Shown: positions 8,896 through 21,947, numbered from the stretch's first letter. The stretch: DNA of 64,000 nt from an uncultured Saprospiraceae bacterium (GCA_937944245.1 CALDYY010000016.1:10762-74761); one strand, 5' to 3'. Program-made: numbers and translations. The notes: generated by a model not told the origin, from the letters alone.

Positions 8896-10388
8896 GATTG
8901 AAAATTTTCGTCAAAATCTTTAAGTCGCACAACAGCAGCTAGTATGCCATTAAATACTAAATTAGTTGGTAACATATACGATGCTTCTTGCGGATAGTTA
9001 GCTACGGTTACTAAAAAAATGACATTAGCAAACGCTAAATAAAATAATTTGATGTTTGGGCTTTTTACTCTAAAGTAATAATAAATAGCTGTCCAAAGTG
9101 CTACGAAAAACATAGCTAAGTAAACTATTAGTCCTACCCATCCACATTCTATTGCTACGCGCACATAAGCACTATCTGGAGCAAAACCAGCCAACCATGA
9201 GTTAGTATTAAATCGCTTACCCCATATGCCAACGCTTCCTAGCCCAGTCCCAAACGGATGCGCTTGTATAAAAGGTTGAATATACTCCTGATTGCGCAAG
9301 CGGAGTTGCATGGAGCTATCTTCTTGAGGGCGAAAAGCAGATTGCAGCCTAAATATAACTGGATTACTTGTTGATTTTAATATGAAACCTGCTCCAATTA
9401 TGCCAAGAATACCTGCTACTATTATAGCTTCTTTTGTGAAATTGAGTAGAACATAAAATATAACACCAGCAGTAATGAGCAGTACCGGTGTTCTAGAGCC
9501 AGTGTAGCCTAGTGCGATAAGCATAAGTAACGCAGCGACTAATAAAAATGGTCTTCCCCAACGATTGTCCATTTTGCCTGTAGCTAAAATTAAGCACAAA
9601 ATAGCAGTGTAAGCCATAGCTATCCCAAAAGAAGTAGGGTCAGAAAAGAAGGAAAATATCCTCAATCTTGACCATGTAAAATAGAGTTGGAAACGTAGTG
9701 GGTCTGCATACAGCCAAGTCATTTCTTGGTTACTAAATCCGATAAATTCTTGTTTGAAGCCATAAAAAGCAGAAATGAGCATCATAATAATAATGAACCA
9801 AGTAAAACGCTGTATCTTTTTTAGGCTATCAAAAACATGGAATGCAACAAAGTAGGAAACTAGCCAAAGCGATAATGTCCGAACGGCAACAGACCAACCT
9901 TCTATGGAAGGTGAAGTTGGATTGAGTATTTGAAGTATATTGTAACCAATCCAAGCGTAAATAGCAATACTCAAATTACTTGTTGCTATTTTAAAGTTGT
10001 GTGCTTTTAATTGTTTGTAGCATAAACCCAAGAGCATAAGAATAAGCAGTGCATCTAGCATAGTGCCTATAGGTAACTCAGTATATTTGCGTGCAAAATT
10101 GACGAAAAAGCTACAAAAAACGGTCAGGTAAAAGCCTATCTCTAAGTTTAGGAAGACCAATAATATCAGTGGAAGCGCAAGGACAGCAGCCAATACTAAA
10201 ATTATTCCTTTCAACCCCATCAAAGCAGCAGACAAGGATATCAGTATAACTGCGCCTAAAACAATAGCAAAACCTAATAAGCTATTAAGTTTTGCTGCAA
10301 TCAACTCTTTGTAGAGCCATTCTTGAATGCGCCCTATATAATTTTTATTTGACCAATTAGAAAGGTACTTATAACTGCTTGTTATCAC
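8892..10388 (-). CDS. O-antigen ligase (Wzy_C)-like polytopic membrane protein
   Basis: About 10-12 hydrophobic segments and a GYTGSRTPVLL loop motif. Its stop overlaps the downstream start (ATGA). Confidence 0.65.
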   Translation of the reverse strand: MITSSYKYLSNWSNKNYIGRIQEWLYKELIAAKLNSLLGFAIVLGAVILISLSAALMGLKGIILVLAAVLALPLILLVFLNLEIGFYLTVFCSFFVNFARKYTELPIGTMLDALLILMLLGLCYKQLKAHNFKIATSNLSIAIYAWIGYNILQILNPTSPSIEGWSVAVRTLSLWLVSYFVAFHVFDSLKKIQRFTWFIIIMMLISAFYGFKQEFIGFSNQEMTWLYADPLRFQLYFTWSRLRIFSFFSDPTSFGIAMAYTAILCLILATGKMDNRWGRPFLLVAALLMLIALGYTGSRTPVLLITAGVIFYVLLNFTKEAIIVAGILGIIGAGFILKSTSNPVIFRLQSAFRPQEDSSMQLRLRNQEYIQPFIQAHPFGTGLGSVGIWGKRFNTNSWLAGFAPDSAYVRVAIECGWVGLIVYLAMFFVALWTAIYYYFRVKSPNIKLFYLAFANVIFLVTVANYPQEASYMLPTNLVFNGILAAVVRLKDFDENFQS

Positions 10389-10454
10389 AACCTAGTTGTT
10401 TAGTTGGGTACTTTTGCTACCTTCTTACGAGTCCTATTGCTGCTTTGTTTCGCA

Positions 10455-12431
<1,977 letters not shown>

Positions 12432-12553
12432 CTAAAAAAACGCTAATTTTAAAATGGTTAAAATGTAGGAATTAACAACAAAAAATCGGGCAAGATTTCT
12501 TGTTAGTAACTAAGTGAATGTAATAAAAGTGTTTTGTATTCACTGCCTCAAGC

Positions 12554-14149
12554 TCAAAATTCGCTAGTAAAATGAAATACTACTTTTGGGTGATTTTCTT
12601 GCACTGTTTTTAAACCCCATGCACTGGTGGCTAGATAAACCCATTTGCCGTCTTTATCCCTTGCCATATCTTGCATCCTACGTTGCAGAAATTCCTTTAG
12701 TGCTGCGGTATCATTGCAGGTAATCCAGCATGCTTTGTGCAGGGAGAGCGGTTCGTAGGTTACTGAAGCACCATATTCATGTTCTAAGCGATACTGGATA
12801 ACATCAAACTGGAGCGGTCCGACAGTACCTATAATTTTTCTCTGGCTGCTTTCTTTGGTAAATAATTGCGCGACTCCTTCATCCATCAACTGGTCTAGTC
12901 CCTTGCTGAGTTGTTTTTGCTTCATAGGGTCGGCATTATTGACATATCTAAATTGTTCAGGTGAAAAACTTGGGATACCTTTGAAGTGTAGCATTTCTCC
13001 CTCGGTCAAGGTATCGCCAATCTTGAAATTGCCACTGTCATAAAGTCCTACTACGTCGCCAGGGTAAGCATCTTCAATTACTTCTTTCTTGGAAGCCATG
13101 AAAGAAGTAGGGTTAGCAAATTTCATTTTTCGATTTTGGCGCACATGAAGATAATTTCGATTGCGCTCAAATTTGCCTGAACAGACCCTTAAAAAGGCAA
13201 TTCTATCTCTATGCTTAGGATCCATATTGGCATGAATCTTGAAAACAAATCCTGAAAATTGTTCCTCATTTGGGTCAATTGGGCGTTCTTCCGTAACACG
13301 TGGCATAGGGGAGGGAGCAATTTCTACGAAACAATCCAGTAATTCTCGAACACCAAAGTTATTGATAGCACTTCCAAAAAATACAGGAGATATTTCACTA
13401 TTTACATAATATTCTCTGTCAAAAGAAGGATAGACCTCTTCCACCATAGTTGTTTCTTCGCGGAGCTTCTTTGCTGCTCGTTCGCCTACATATTTTTCCA
13501 GTGCGGGGTCGTATAGATTATTAAACTCGACAACGCCTTCCTCCGCTTGTTTACCATGCGGTTTGAATAATACTAATTTCTTTTCGTACATGCTATATAC
13601 CCCTTGAAAATCATACCCCATACCTATGGGCCAACTCATAGGACAAACCGTAAGTCCTAGTTTTAACTCTATTTCGTCCAGTAAATCGAATGCGTCTTTA
13701 CCTTCTCTATCTAGTTTATTAATAAAAACAATGATTGGTGTTTTTCTCATTTTACAAACATTGACTAGCTTTTCTGTTTGTTCTTCGACCCCCTTAGCTA
13801 CATCTATCACCACAATCACACTATCCACTGCGGTTAAAGTGCGGTAAGTATCTTCAGCAAAGTCCTTGTGCCCAGGTGTATCTAAAATGTTGACTTTTAG
13901 GTTTCTATACTCGAATCCCATTACTGATGTAGCTACTGAGATACCCCTTTGTTTTTCGATTTCCATAAAGTCAGAAGTAGCTGTTTTTTTGATTTTGTTG
14001 GACTTCACTGCTCCTGCTACTTGTATAGCACCGCCAAACAATAACAGTTTTTCTGTTAAGGTCGTTTTTCCAGCATCGGGATGGCTAATGATACCAAAGG
14101 TTCTTCGTTTATCTATTTCCTCTTTAAACTTCATCATGTTTTGAAACAA
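12554..14149 (-). CDS. prfC: peptide chain release factor 3
   Basis: [37 protein letters not shown] and NKLDR motifs. The true start may be the ATG at 14137. Confidence 0.95.
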   Translation of the reverse strand: MFQNMMKFKEEIDKRRTFGIISHPDAGKTTLTEKLLLFGGAIQVAGAVKSNKIKKTATSDFMEIEKQRGISVATSVMGFEYRNLKVNILDTPGHKDFAEDTYRTLTAVDSVIVVIDVAKGVEEQTEKLVNVCKMRKTPIIVFINKLDREGKDAFDLLDEIELKLGLTVCPMSWPIGMGYDFQGVYSMYEKKLVLFKPHGKQAEEGVVEFNNLYDPALEKYVGERAAKKLREETTMVEEVYPSFDREYYVNSEISPVFFGSAINNFGVRELLDCFVEIAPSPMPRVTEERPIDPNEEQFSGFVFKIHANMDPKHRDRIAFLRVCSGKFERNRNYLHVRQNRKMKFANPTSFMASKKEVIEDAYPGDVVGLYDSGNFKIGDTLTEGEMLHFKGIPSFSPEQFRYVNNADPMKQKQLSKGLDQLMDEGVAQLFTKESSQRKIIGTVGPLQFDVIQYRLEHEYGASVTYEPLSLHKACWITCNDTAALKEFLQRRMQDMARDKDGKWVYLATSAWGLKTVQENHPKVVFHFTSEF

Positions 14150-14412
14150 CTAAAATTATTATAAGGTCAAAGTTATCAACTTATTTGATGAACTACAAAA
14201 TTACTGTTGCTCCACATAGTTCCACAAATGCTCGGTGAATACAAATTTTGATATAAAATATTCATTTGTCAAAAATAATTTACTAAGATATTTCTATGCG
14301 TTTCCTATTTTCTTGTCTGAAAATATGAACCTTTCTAAGTACGCTCTGTTCACGTATTAATTTTACCAAGAACAGACTTAAATAAACAACTGATTAAAAA
14401 CGATTTGCAATA

Positions 14413-15336
14413 GTGGCGATATATTCAATAAAGGACTTAGAAAAACTTTCGGGAATAAAAGCACACACTATTAGAGTGTGGGAGCAACGCTACGGCTTAA
14501 TCGAACCTAAAAGAACTAGAACCAACATTAGATATTACCAAGATGACGACCTCAAACTTATCTTAAATATTGCATTGCTCAATAAAAATGGCATTAAGAT
14601 TTCGAGGATAGCAAAGATGAACAAAGAGGAAATTACAGACAAGGTATCTGCTATTTCTGAGGTTAACTTTGAATTTGGTACGCAACTCGACGCACTTACT
14701 ATTTCCATGATTGAGATGGATGAGTATAAATTTGACCGAATTATAACCATGAACGTTCAGAAAATAGGTTTTGAACGAACTATGATTGAAATAATTCATC
14801 CATTCCTTGACAAGCTCAGTTTGCTTTGGTTAACAGGGTCTATTCACCCTGTGCAGGAGAATTTCATTAGCTATCTTATCCGCCAAAAAATCGTTACTGC
14901 TATTGATAATGAGCCGTTTGTGGTCGGGAGGCATGTTAAGAAGTTTCTGCTTTTTTTGCCCGAAGGGGAAACACAAGAATTGAGTTTACTATTTCTCCAT
15001 TATTTGTTGAAAACAAGGCGTAATCAAGTGATTTATATAGGTCAAGACATGTCTATTATTGACTTACAAGATGTGTTTAAGATTCATCAGCCCGACTACA
15101 TGTACACCATGATTACAGAGACCTTTCTTAAAGAACCTGTGCAAAAGTACATAGATACCTTGGCGGCCACTTTTACAAATACACAGATATTAGTGTCTGG
15201 TTATCAAGTAATTACTCAAAATGTAAAATCTAATAACCGCGTAACCGTCTTAAAAAGTTTGGAACAAACCATCCAATATCTAGACCGATTGAATGAGAAG
15301 CAACAGCAAAAAGTCCAACTTTCTTTTGTGAACTAG
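14413..15336 (+). CDS. MerR-family regulator with a B12-binding-like C-terminal domain
   Basis: N-terminal HTH IKDLEKLSGIKAHTIRVWEQRYGL. The C-terminal Rossmann-like part has EGETQELS where cobalamin binders have D/E-x-H-x-x-G. GTG start. Confidence 0.7.
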   Translation: MAIYSIKDLEKLSGIKAHTIRVWEQRYGLIEPKRTRTNIRYYQDDDLKLILNIALLNKNGIKISRIAKMNKEEITDKVSAISEVNFEFGTQLDALTISMIEMDEYKFDRIITMNVQKIGFERTMIEIIHPFLDKLSLLWLTGSIHPVQENFISYLIRQKIVTAIDNEPFVVGRHVKKFLLFLPEGETQELSLLFLHYLLKTRRNQVIYIGQDMSIIDLQDVFKIHQPDYMYTMITETFLKEPVQKYIDTLAATFTNTQILVSGYQVITQNVKSNNRVTVLKSLEQTIQYLDRLNEKQQQKVQLSFVN

Positions 15337-15493
15337 CCTCTTGTTATATCCTCAGACTTTGTAGATTCTTTAGAAAAGAATTTGCCTATATTTAATATAT
15401 CCTACCTTCATCAACTACAAAAATTAGAAATTTCTCTACATTTGTTCTAAGACTTTTTATAGCGTATTAAAAGCAAACAAAAATCAGAATATC

Positions 15494-16426
15494 ATGAGTA
15501 AAGTAACTGTAATTGGTGCGGGTAACGTAGGAGCAACTTGCGCTAATGTGTTAGCCCACAAGGACATTGTCAAGGAAATTGTATTGTTAGATATTCAAGG
15601 TAACTTGGCAAAAGGGAAAGCGTTGGACAGTTTTCAACAAGCTCCAATTGACCATTATAGCACCTATTTACGAGGTACAGATAACTATGAGGACACTGCT
15701 GATTCCGACATTGTCGTCATTACAGCGGGTGTGCCTAGAAAACCGGGAATGACTAGAGATGATTTGATTGCCACAAATGCAAAAATCGTAAAAATGGTGA
15801 CCAATTCCATAATGAAGCATTCCAAAAATCCTATTATTATTGTTGTTTCTAACCCTTTAGACGTAATGACTTACGCTGCCCATAAGGCATCGGGCTTACC
15901 TGCTTCACAAGTTTTTGGCATGGCAGGTATTTTGGATACGGCGCGTTACAGAGCTTTTTTAGCTACCGCATTAAAGTTATCTCCCAAAGATATTCAAGCG
16001 GTATTAATGGGGGGGCATGGTGACACTATGGTACCGTTACCAAGATATACGACTGTTGCTGGCATCCCTGTTACGGAATTGATTGACCATGCTCAGTTGG
16101 AAGCAATCGTGGAGCGCACCAAAAAGGGTGGGGGAGAGCTAGTAGAATTGATGGGAACATCTGCTTGGTATGCACCAGGTGCAGCAGCAGCCCAAATGGT
16201 GGAAGCTATTGTGAAGGATGAGGATAGAATCTTTCCTTGCTGCGTGCAAATGAACGGTGAATATGGCTTAAATGATATTTTCTTGGGCGTTCCAGTGAAA
16301 CTGAATAAATCAGGAGTTGCCCAAGTGATTGAGCTAAAACTTACACCTTCGGAAAGAGAATTACTTTATGGCTCAGCTAATGCCGTAAAAGTAGTTATTG
16401 ATGCACTGAATAGCATGAACATTTAG
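15494..16426 (+). CDS. mdh: malate dehydrogenase (LDH-like type)
   Basis: KVTVIGAGNVGATCA, ITAGVPRKPGMTRDDL and GGHGDTMVP motifs. Confidence 0.93.
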   Translation: MSKVTVIGAGNVGATCANVLAHKDIVKEIVLLDIQGNLAKGKALDSFQQAPIDHYSTYLRGTDNYEDTADSDIVVITAGVPRKPGMTRDDLIATNAKIVKMVTNSIMKHSKNPIIIVVSNPLDVMTYAAHKASGLPASQVFGMAGILDTARYRAFLATALKLSPKDIQAVLMGGHGDTMVPLPRYTTVAGIPVTELIDHAQLEAIVERTKKGGGELVELMGTSAWYAPGAAAAQMVEAIVKDEDRIFPCCVQMNGEYGLNDIFLGVPVKLNKSGVAQVIELKLTPSERELLYGSANAVKVVIDALNSMNI

Positions 16427-16479
16427 CAATATTCCGAAAAAATTATACCATAACAATTTTTTCGTAAAAATTTCCTTTT

Positions 16480-16519
16480 AAAGAGGTATGAAATAAAGAA
16501 CTATTTTATGCCTCTTTTT
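16480..16519 (+). terminator. putative intrinsic terminator after mdh
   Basis: AAAGAGGTA-20 nt-TGCCTCTTT (one G-U pair), followed by a T-rich run. Confidence 0.45.
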
Positions 16520-16671
16520 ATGCTTTTATCATAATTTATCTTTATTTTACCACATCTTATTTGGTAATGCCTCATAACCTAGAGGAAATATTAAGCACAA
16601 TTTCACAACTAAATATTTATTTACGCATTATACTATTCCTATTTGATAAATTTTAAATAGAAACAAGTATA

Positions 16672-17214
16672 ATGATAGAGCAAGAAGTAGCCAATGAAGC
16701 ACTCCTCCAGATGAGGACTCAGGATGGGCAATCCTTAATTGATTTGTCGCAGCAACAAGCAATTTTGCTCATTTTTTTGCGCCATTTTGGATGTACATTC
16801 TGTCGGGAAGCATTATCGGATATTGCTAAGAAAAGACAAGAAATAGAAGAAACTGGTACAAAAATAGTTTTTGTGCATATGTCTGATAATAAACTGGCGG
16901 AAAGGTACTTTAGTCGTTACGATTTGATAGGCATAGACCACATTAGCGACCCGGAATGCAAATATTATGCAGCCTTTGGATTAATGAAAGGTAGTGTAAC
17001 CCAGCTTTTTGGACTTAAAACTTGGATTCGAGGTTTTGAGGCAGGTGTACTGAACGGTCATCTTGTAGGCGTAAAACAAATGGGCGATGGATTTCAAATG
17101 CCAGGTGTATTTGTTATTCAAAATGCTGTCATAAAAAATAGTTACATCCACAAAATAGCTGCCGACCGTCCTGATTATACAGCATTGGTGGGGTGTTGTT
17201 GTGGTAGTCATTAA
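16672..17214 (+). CDS. peroxiredoxin-like (AhpC/TSA, PF13911-type) redox protein
   Basis: The FLRHFGCTFCRE motif is typical of this thioredoxin-fold family. The C-terminus ends in GCCCGSH. Confidence 0.65.
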   Translation: MIEQEVANEALLQMRTQDGQSLIDLSQQQAILLIFLRHFGCTFCREALSDIAKKRQEIEETGTKIVFVHMSDNKLAERYFSRYDLIGIDHISDPECKYYAAFGLMKGSVTQLFGLKTWIRGFEAGVLNGHLVGVKQMGDGFQMPGVFVIQNAVIKNSYIHKIAADRPDYTALVGCCCGSH

Positions 17215-17307
17215 TTTCAACTTTCTTTCTTGCAAAGGTGTTTGAAAAACAAAACGTCTTGGTGAATTTTATTCATAGGGCAAAGTTTAAATTATTAAAA
17301 TAAATAT

Positions 17308-18411
17308 ATGATTGGCTGGAGATTTTCTGAATATACTCCCGATTCTTCTGATGAATCCATTTTCGAGCAATTGTTGAAGCTATTTCAAGAACTGCTTATT
17401 TATACTTCTGGTGATGTAAGTGAGGCACTTTCTTGGCTCAATGAGATTGACAAGGAATACAATATCACAAATGAAGATTACGGGATGGCAGATTTTATTC
17501 AGGAATTGATTGATAAGGGCTATATTCAGCAACAAGACCCTAAAGATGCTAAGTTTAGCCCAACGGCAAAAATAGAAATCGCCATGCGCCAAAAAGCATT
17601 GGAAGATATTTTTGGACAGTTAAAAAAATCAAAAAGAGGTAATCATAGCACTACATACGGTGGTGGTGGCGACGAAAAAGCATCCGAGTTAAAGCCTTAT
17701 GAGTTTGGCGATAGCTTAGATAATCTTGCTATTTCTGAAACTATAAAAAATGCACAAATTAATCATGGGATTGATGAATTTCAGCTAACCCACGAAGATT
17801 TAGAAGTACATGAAACGTTCTATCAAAGCCAAATGAGTACAGTATTAATGATAGACATTTCGCATTCTATGATACTCTATGGCGAGGACAGAATAACACC
17901 AGCTAAAAAAGTGGCAATGGCACTTTCTGAGCTTATCACCACGCGTTATCCAAAAGATACATTGGATGTTATTGTATTTGGCAATGATGCTTGGCAAATT
18001 GAAATTAAGGACTTGCCTTATCTGCAAGTTGGTCCTTACCACACTAATACTGTGGCTGGATTGGAATTGGCAATGGATATTCTTAAGCGACGCAGAAATG
18101 CTAATCGTCAAATCTTTATGATAACTGATGGTAAGCCAACTTGCATTAAGAAAGGTAATAAATATTACAAAAATAGCTTTGGTATTGACCGCACCATTTT
18201 GAATCGCACATTGAATTTAGCTACAAAGTGTAGGAAGTTAGATGTGCCTATCACTACTTTTATGATTGCCAAAGACCCTTACTTGGTAAAGTTTGTGGAA
18301 CAATTTACACAAGCTAATAATGGTAAGGCTTTTTACAGTAGCTTACAAGGCTTGGGTGAATTTGTTTTCAAGGATTACAAAAACAATAAGGCTAAGCGAC
18401 ACAGAAGATAG
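17308..18411 (+). CDS. VWA (von Willebrand A, CoxE-like) domain protein
   Basis: MIDAS-type VLMIDISHSM...FMITDGKPT in the C-terminal half. Confidence 0.7.
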   Translation: MIGWRFSEYTPDSSDESIFEQLLKLFQELLIYTSGDVSEALSWLNEIDKEYNITNEDYGMADFIQELIDKGYIQQQDPKDAKFSPTAKIEIAMRQKALEDIFGQLKKSKRGNHSTTYGGGGDEKASELKPYEFGDSLDNLAISETIKNAQINHGIDEFQLTHEDLEVHETFYQSQMSTVLMIDISHSMILYGEDRITPAKKVAMALSELITTRYPKDTLDVIVFGNDAWQIEIKDLPYLQVGPYHTNTVAGLELAMDILKRRRNANRQIFMITDGKPTCIKKGNKYYKNSFGIDRTILNRTLNLATKCRKLDVPITTFMIAKDPYLVKFVEQFTQANNGKAFYSSLQGLGEFVFKDYKNNKAKRHRR

Positions 18412-18560
18412 ATAGGAGCGTTGTCAAGTAGGAAAGAAAGTTACGTTAGGAAAACTGTAAATTTATGTGAAGTAAGGTTATAAGTTTTTTGTTCTTTTAA
18501 ATTAAATACCATTCTTTCAATATGCAATTTTTAAAACTTCATAATCGTTAAATCCCCAAA

Positions 18561-19580
18561 ATGCTTAAATTGTTTATGAAGTACCTTGTAATTGTCCTAG
18601 TGTTGTTGTATTCATTTAACTGTTTACAGGCGCAAAGCACGCTTTCAAATTTGGATTCTACTGCTGTAAAAGAGTTAAAAAAAATGGAGGATACATTAGC
18701 TTTGTTTGCTTATGCTGTTTTAAACGCCAAGCAAGCTGACCAGCGTTTTTTAGCAGTTCGTGCTTTTATTCCGATGTTAACTAAGGCTTTGAAAATAGAA
18801 AATTCATTTCATTATCCATTTGAGCGTCTGCGCAACGTTTCTATACAGTATCCTCAAGATAGTACATTTCGCATTTTTTCTTGGCAACTTTATGTAGATT
18901 CTTCTGACTATCGTTATTATGGGGCTATTCAGATGAACACATCTGATTTAAAGTTAATTCCGCTTGTTGACCGCTCTTTTCAACTTCAAGAAGAGGTTGA
19001 GCAGGCTATTCTTTTTAATGAAAATTGGTATGGCGCATTGTATTATAATATCAAAGATTTTGATACGCCTGAAGGGAGAAAGTATTTACTTTTTGGGTAT
19101 GATAATTATGAAAACTTTGAGCGTTTTGAAGAAGAAGGTGATCGCGAACGAGAATTTGCATTTAGCCACAACGACTATGAACACCTTTCCAAGCGTAAAG
19201 TGATTGATGTACTAAGTTTTAAGCAAGGCAAAGCAATATTTGGCGCGCCGTTATTCGTACACACAAATCCTAAAAGTAAAACGACATACACTAAGAACAG
19301 AGTAGTATTAGAGTTTTCGACAGATGCTGTAGTTAGTTGTAATTATGATGACTTTGAGCAGATGATTATTTTTGACCATCTCATGCCAATGGGCGAAGTA
19401 ATACCGGGTGAAAAACCAGTGTACATGCCAGATGGTACCTACGAAGGTTATCGTTTGCAAAATGGAAAATGGATTCACGTAGAAAATGTGTTCAATACAA
19501 CTGTGGAACGAGCACCTAGAGAACAACCCATTCTCGACCAGCGACCTAAAGACTTATTTGGAAAAAGTCCGAAAAGATAA
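18561..19580 (+). CDS. secreted hypothetical protein
   Basis: Long ORF with a signal peptide ending in LQAQ. I recognise no family. Confidence 0.6.
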   Translation: MLKLFMKYLVIVLVLLYSFNCLQAQSTLSNLDSTAVKELKKMEDTLALFAYAVLNAKQADQRFLAVRAFIPMLTKALKIENSFHYPFERLRNVSIQYPQDSTFRIFSWQLYVDSSDYRYYGAIQMNTSDLKLIPLVDRSFQLQEEVEQAILFNENWYGALYYNIKDFDTPEGRKYLLFGYDNYENFERFEEEGDREREFAFSHNDYEHLSKRKVIDVLSFKQGKAIFGAPLFVHTNPKSKTTYTKNRVVLEFSTDAVVSCNYDDFEQMIIFDHLMPMGEVIPGEKPVYMPDGTYEGYRLQNGKWIHVENVFNTTVERAPREQPILDQRPKDLFGKSPKR

Positions 19581-19628
19581 TCAATCATCATTCGGATTTG
19601 CTAATTTTAATATTTATGTTTTATCATT

Positions 19629-21947
19629 TCATCTTGTTAACAATACATCGCCCTTGAATATTTTGCGGTGTCCGTCAACGAACTCGACATCAGCGTAATA
19701 GATGTAAATTCCAGTAGATGCAGGCACATTTTTTATCGCACCTTTCCATCCTTCATTTGGGTCATTAAGAGGTAAATTATTTTTTTTAAAAACGGATTGT
19801 CCCCAGCGATCAAAAACTTGAAGGGTATGAATCGTTTTTACGTCCTTACCTACATAAATGGTGAAAGCATCGTTTTGACCATCGCCATCTGGTGAAAAAG
19901 CATTTGGACAAAATACATCATAATCCTTTCTAATTCTGATGTTTATGTTGTCCTTTGCAGTGCAACCATTTTCATCTAGCACTTCCACAAAAACCGTAGC
20001 AGGGTCAATGGCAATTGTTTTCAATGAAGTACAACTATTACACTCAGTAGTGTCAATATTGCGCCAAGTAATGGATTGAATATTCCTGTTGGAAGAAAAT
20101 TCAATTTTAATTTCATCCCCCAAATTTGCTAAAATATCGTCTCCTAAATCAAATATCCATTCTTCGGGAACATCTAGGTAAACGATAGTATCTAAACTAC
20201 AACCGACTGAATCAGTTATAAAGACTTCATATTCCTTTTTACCATTAGGGCTTTCACTGTGTCGTTTTTGTTCAAAAAAAGTATGTTGATAAGGTGGAGT
20301 GCCACCAAAAACATTATTTATTTGAATGTTGTCTGTGCAGTTTTGCTGTGTTAAGTCTAACTCAATCGCTTTTAAAGGATTATTATATAGCGAAATGGTG
20401 TCCAAAGCTATACAGCCATTTGCATCAATAGCTTTTACATTAAATGTGGTATCTCGAATAGGCAGAATTATATTTTTGATATTACCTGCATTTTGGGCTT
20501 GCCATTGGAAACGACAATCCCTGCATCCTTCAAATTGAGCGGCTAAGGTTAATTCTTTTTGGTTACAAGCCAAAACGAGAGAATCTGGCATTTGAGGAAC
20601 AATATTACAGCCTGTTTTAACTACCCAAATATCATTTACACCTCTGGATGGTTCTGTTTTGTCAATACCAGTATTTGATTCGGAATGGCCAGCCATGAAG
20701 ATACTTCCATCTGCACCAATAACAGTTTCTGTCAAAGCATCGCGCAAGAAAGATCCGTAAGTTTCATCCCAAATGACTTCGCCATCAGGTGTAAGATAAA
20801 GCAACCAATAATCAATAACTCCTTTTGCAGGTGCTTTTTTTACAGCGCTAGTATCAGAGCTAGAAATACCACCAACCACCAAATTGCCCCTTTCATTTAT
20901 TTTGATGTCGTAGGCGGTATCAGGGTTTTTACCACCATAGTTTTTTTCCCAAAGTAAATTGCCATCGTCATCAATTGCCACTATCCAATAGTCAATACTT
21001 CCATAAGAATCTTTGGATTTCTCAAATGTAGCGTCAGAGCCTGAGAAGCCTGCTAAATAAATCACCCCAGTTTCTGCTCGTACCATATCGAAAATGGCTT
21101 CATCCCAATTTGCACCAATGGTCTTTTCCCAAATCAAATTGCCTTTCGCATCCACGCGCACTACCCAATAGTCATTTAGACCTCTCAGGAAGTCATTTTT
21201 ATCACCACTCACTCCAGATCGAGATTCGCCTCCTAGTAAGAAACCACCATCGGGCATTTCAATTGCTGCCTGCATCAATTCGCGCTGTTCCCCTCCAATA
21301 GTTTTGTCCCAAAGTACATTACCTCTGCTATCGGTGCGAACAATCCAGTAATCCCAGCCGCCTCGACAAGGTTCTGTTTTTTCACCACTCACATTAGAAT
21401 CAGATACACCAGCTAGTAAAAATCCACCATCTTGCGTTTCAATAATGTCTCCTCTAATGGCATCATGCCCATCGCCGCCGATAGTTTTGTCCCATTCTAA
21501 AATCCCATTTTTATTGACCTTAATCATCCAAAAATCCCAGTTACCGCGAGAGGGTTCTGTTTTGTTGCCGCTCACGTCCGAGAGGGATTCTCCACCAATA
21601 ATAAATCCACCATCTCTAGTTTGCTTGCTTACCCAAATTCTATCTGCTTTATTACCGCCATATCGTTGCTGCCATTCTATTGCGCCTTTTATATTGAGTT
21701 TAATAAGCCAGTAATCCCAATCGCCAAGTCGCTCATAAGCTACATCGCCATCAGCAGGAGATTGTGTGATGCCAGCTACCAGTACCCCTCCGTCAGGTGT
21801 AGGCACAAGACTATGAAGTTCTTCCCAGCTACTTCCTCCTAATGTTTTATCCCAATCAATAGAAGGTGTCTGCGCAAGAACTAGTACGCTACTTACGATA
21901 AGTAAGCTTATCATAAAGAATAGCTTACATGTAGTCTTATTCAGCAT
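19629..21947 (-). CDS. T9SS type-B (CHU_C) sorting-domain protein with an N-terminal beta-propeller-like repeat array
   Basis: C-terminal FCPNAFSPDGDGQNDAFTIY...VFDRWGQ...GIYIYY, plus a signal peptide. Confidence 0.85.
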   Translation of the reverse strand: MLNKTTCKLFFMISLLIVSSVLVLAQTPSIDWDKTLGGSSWEELHSLVPTPDGGVLVAGITQSPADGDVAYERLGDWDYWLIKLNIKGAIEWQQRYGGNKADRIWVSKQTRDGGFIIGGESLSDVSGNKTEPSRGNWDFWMIKVNKNGILEWDKTIGGDGHDAIRGDIIETQDGGFLLAGVSDSNVSGEKTEPCRGGWDYWIVRTDSRGNVLWDKTIGGEQRELMQAAIEMPDGGFLLGGESRSGVSGDKNDFLRGLNDYWVVRVDAKGNLIWEKTIGANWDEAIFDMVRAETGVIYLAGFSGSDATFEKSKDSYGSIDYWIVAIDDDGNLLWEKNYGGKNPDTAYDIKINERGNLVVGGISSSDTSAVKKAPAKGVIDYWLLYLTPDGEVIWDETYGSFLRDALTETVIGADGSIFMAGHSESNTGIDKTEPSRGVNDIWVVKTGCNIVPQMPDSLVLACNQKELTLAAQFEGCRDCRFQWQAQNAGNIKNIILPIRDTTFNVKAIDANGCIALDTISLYNNPLKAIELDLTQQNCTDNIQINNVFGGTPPYQHTFFEQKRHSESPNGKKEYEVFITDSVGCSLDTIVYLDVPEEWIFDLGDDILANLGDEIKIEFSSNRNIQSITWRNIDTTECNSCTSLKTIAIDPATVFVEVLDENGCTAKDNINIRIRKDYDVFCPNAFSPDGDGQNDAFTIYVGKDVKTIHTLQVFDRWGQSVFKKNNLPLNDPNEGWKGAIKNVPASTGIYIYYADVEFVDGHRKIFKGDVLLTR
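20615..21860 (-). repeat. at least seven tandem ~50-codon coding repeats inside the T9SS protein
   Basis: Recurring DGG[FV]hhhG.S.S..SG.K.....G..DYWhh+h...G.h.W-[DE]K-T-hGG units. Confidence 0.8.
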
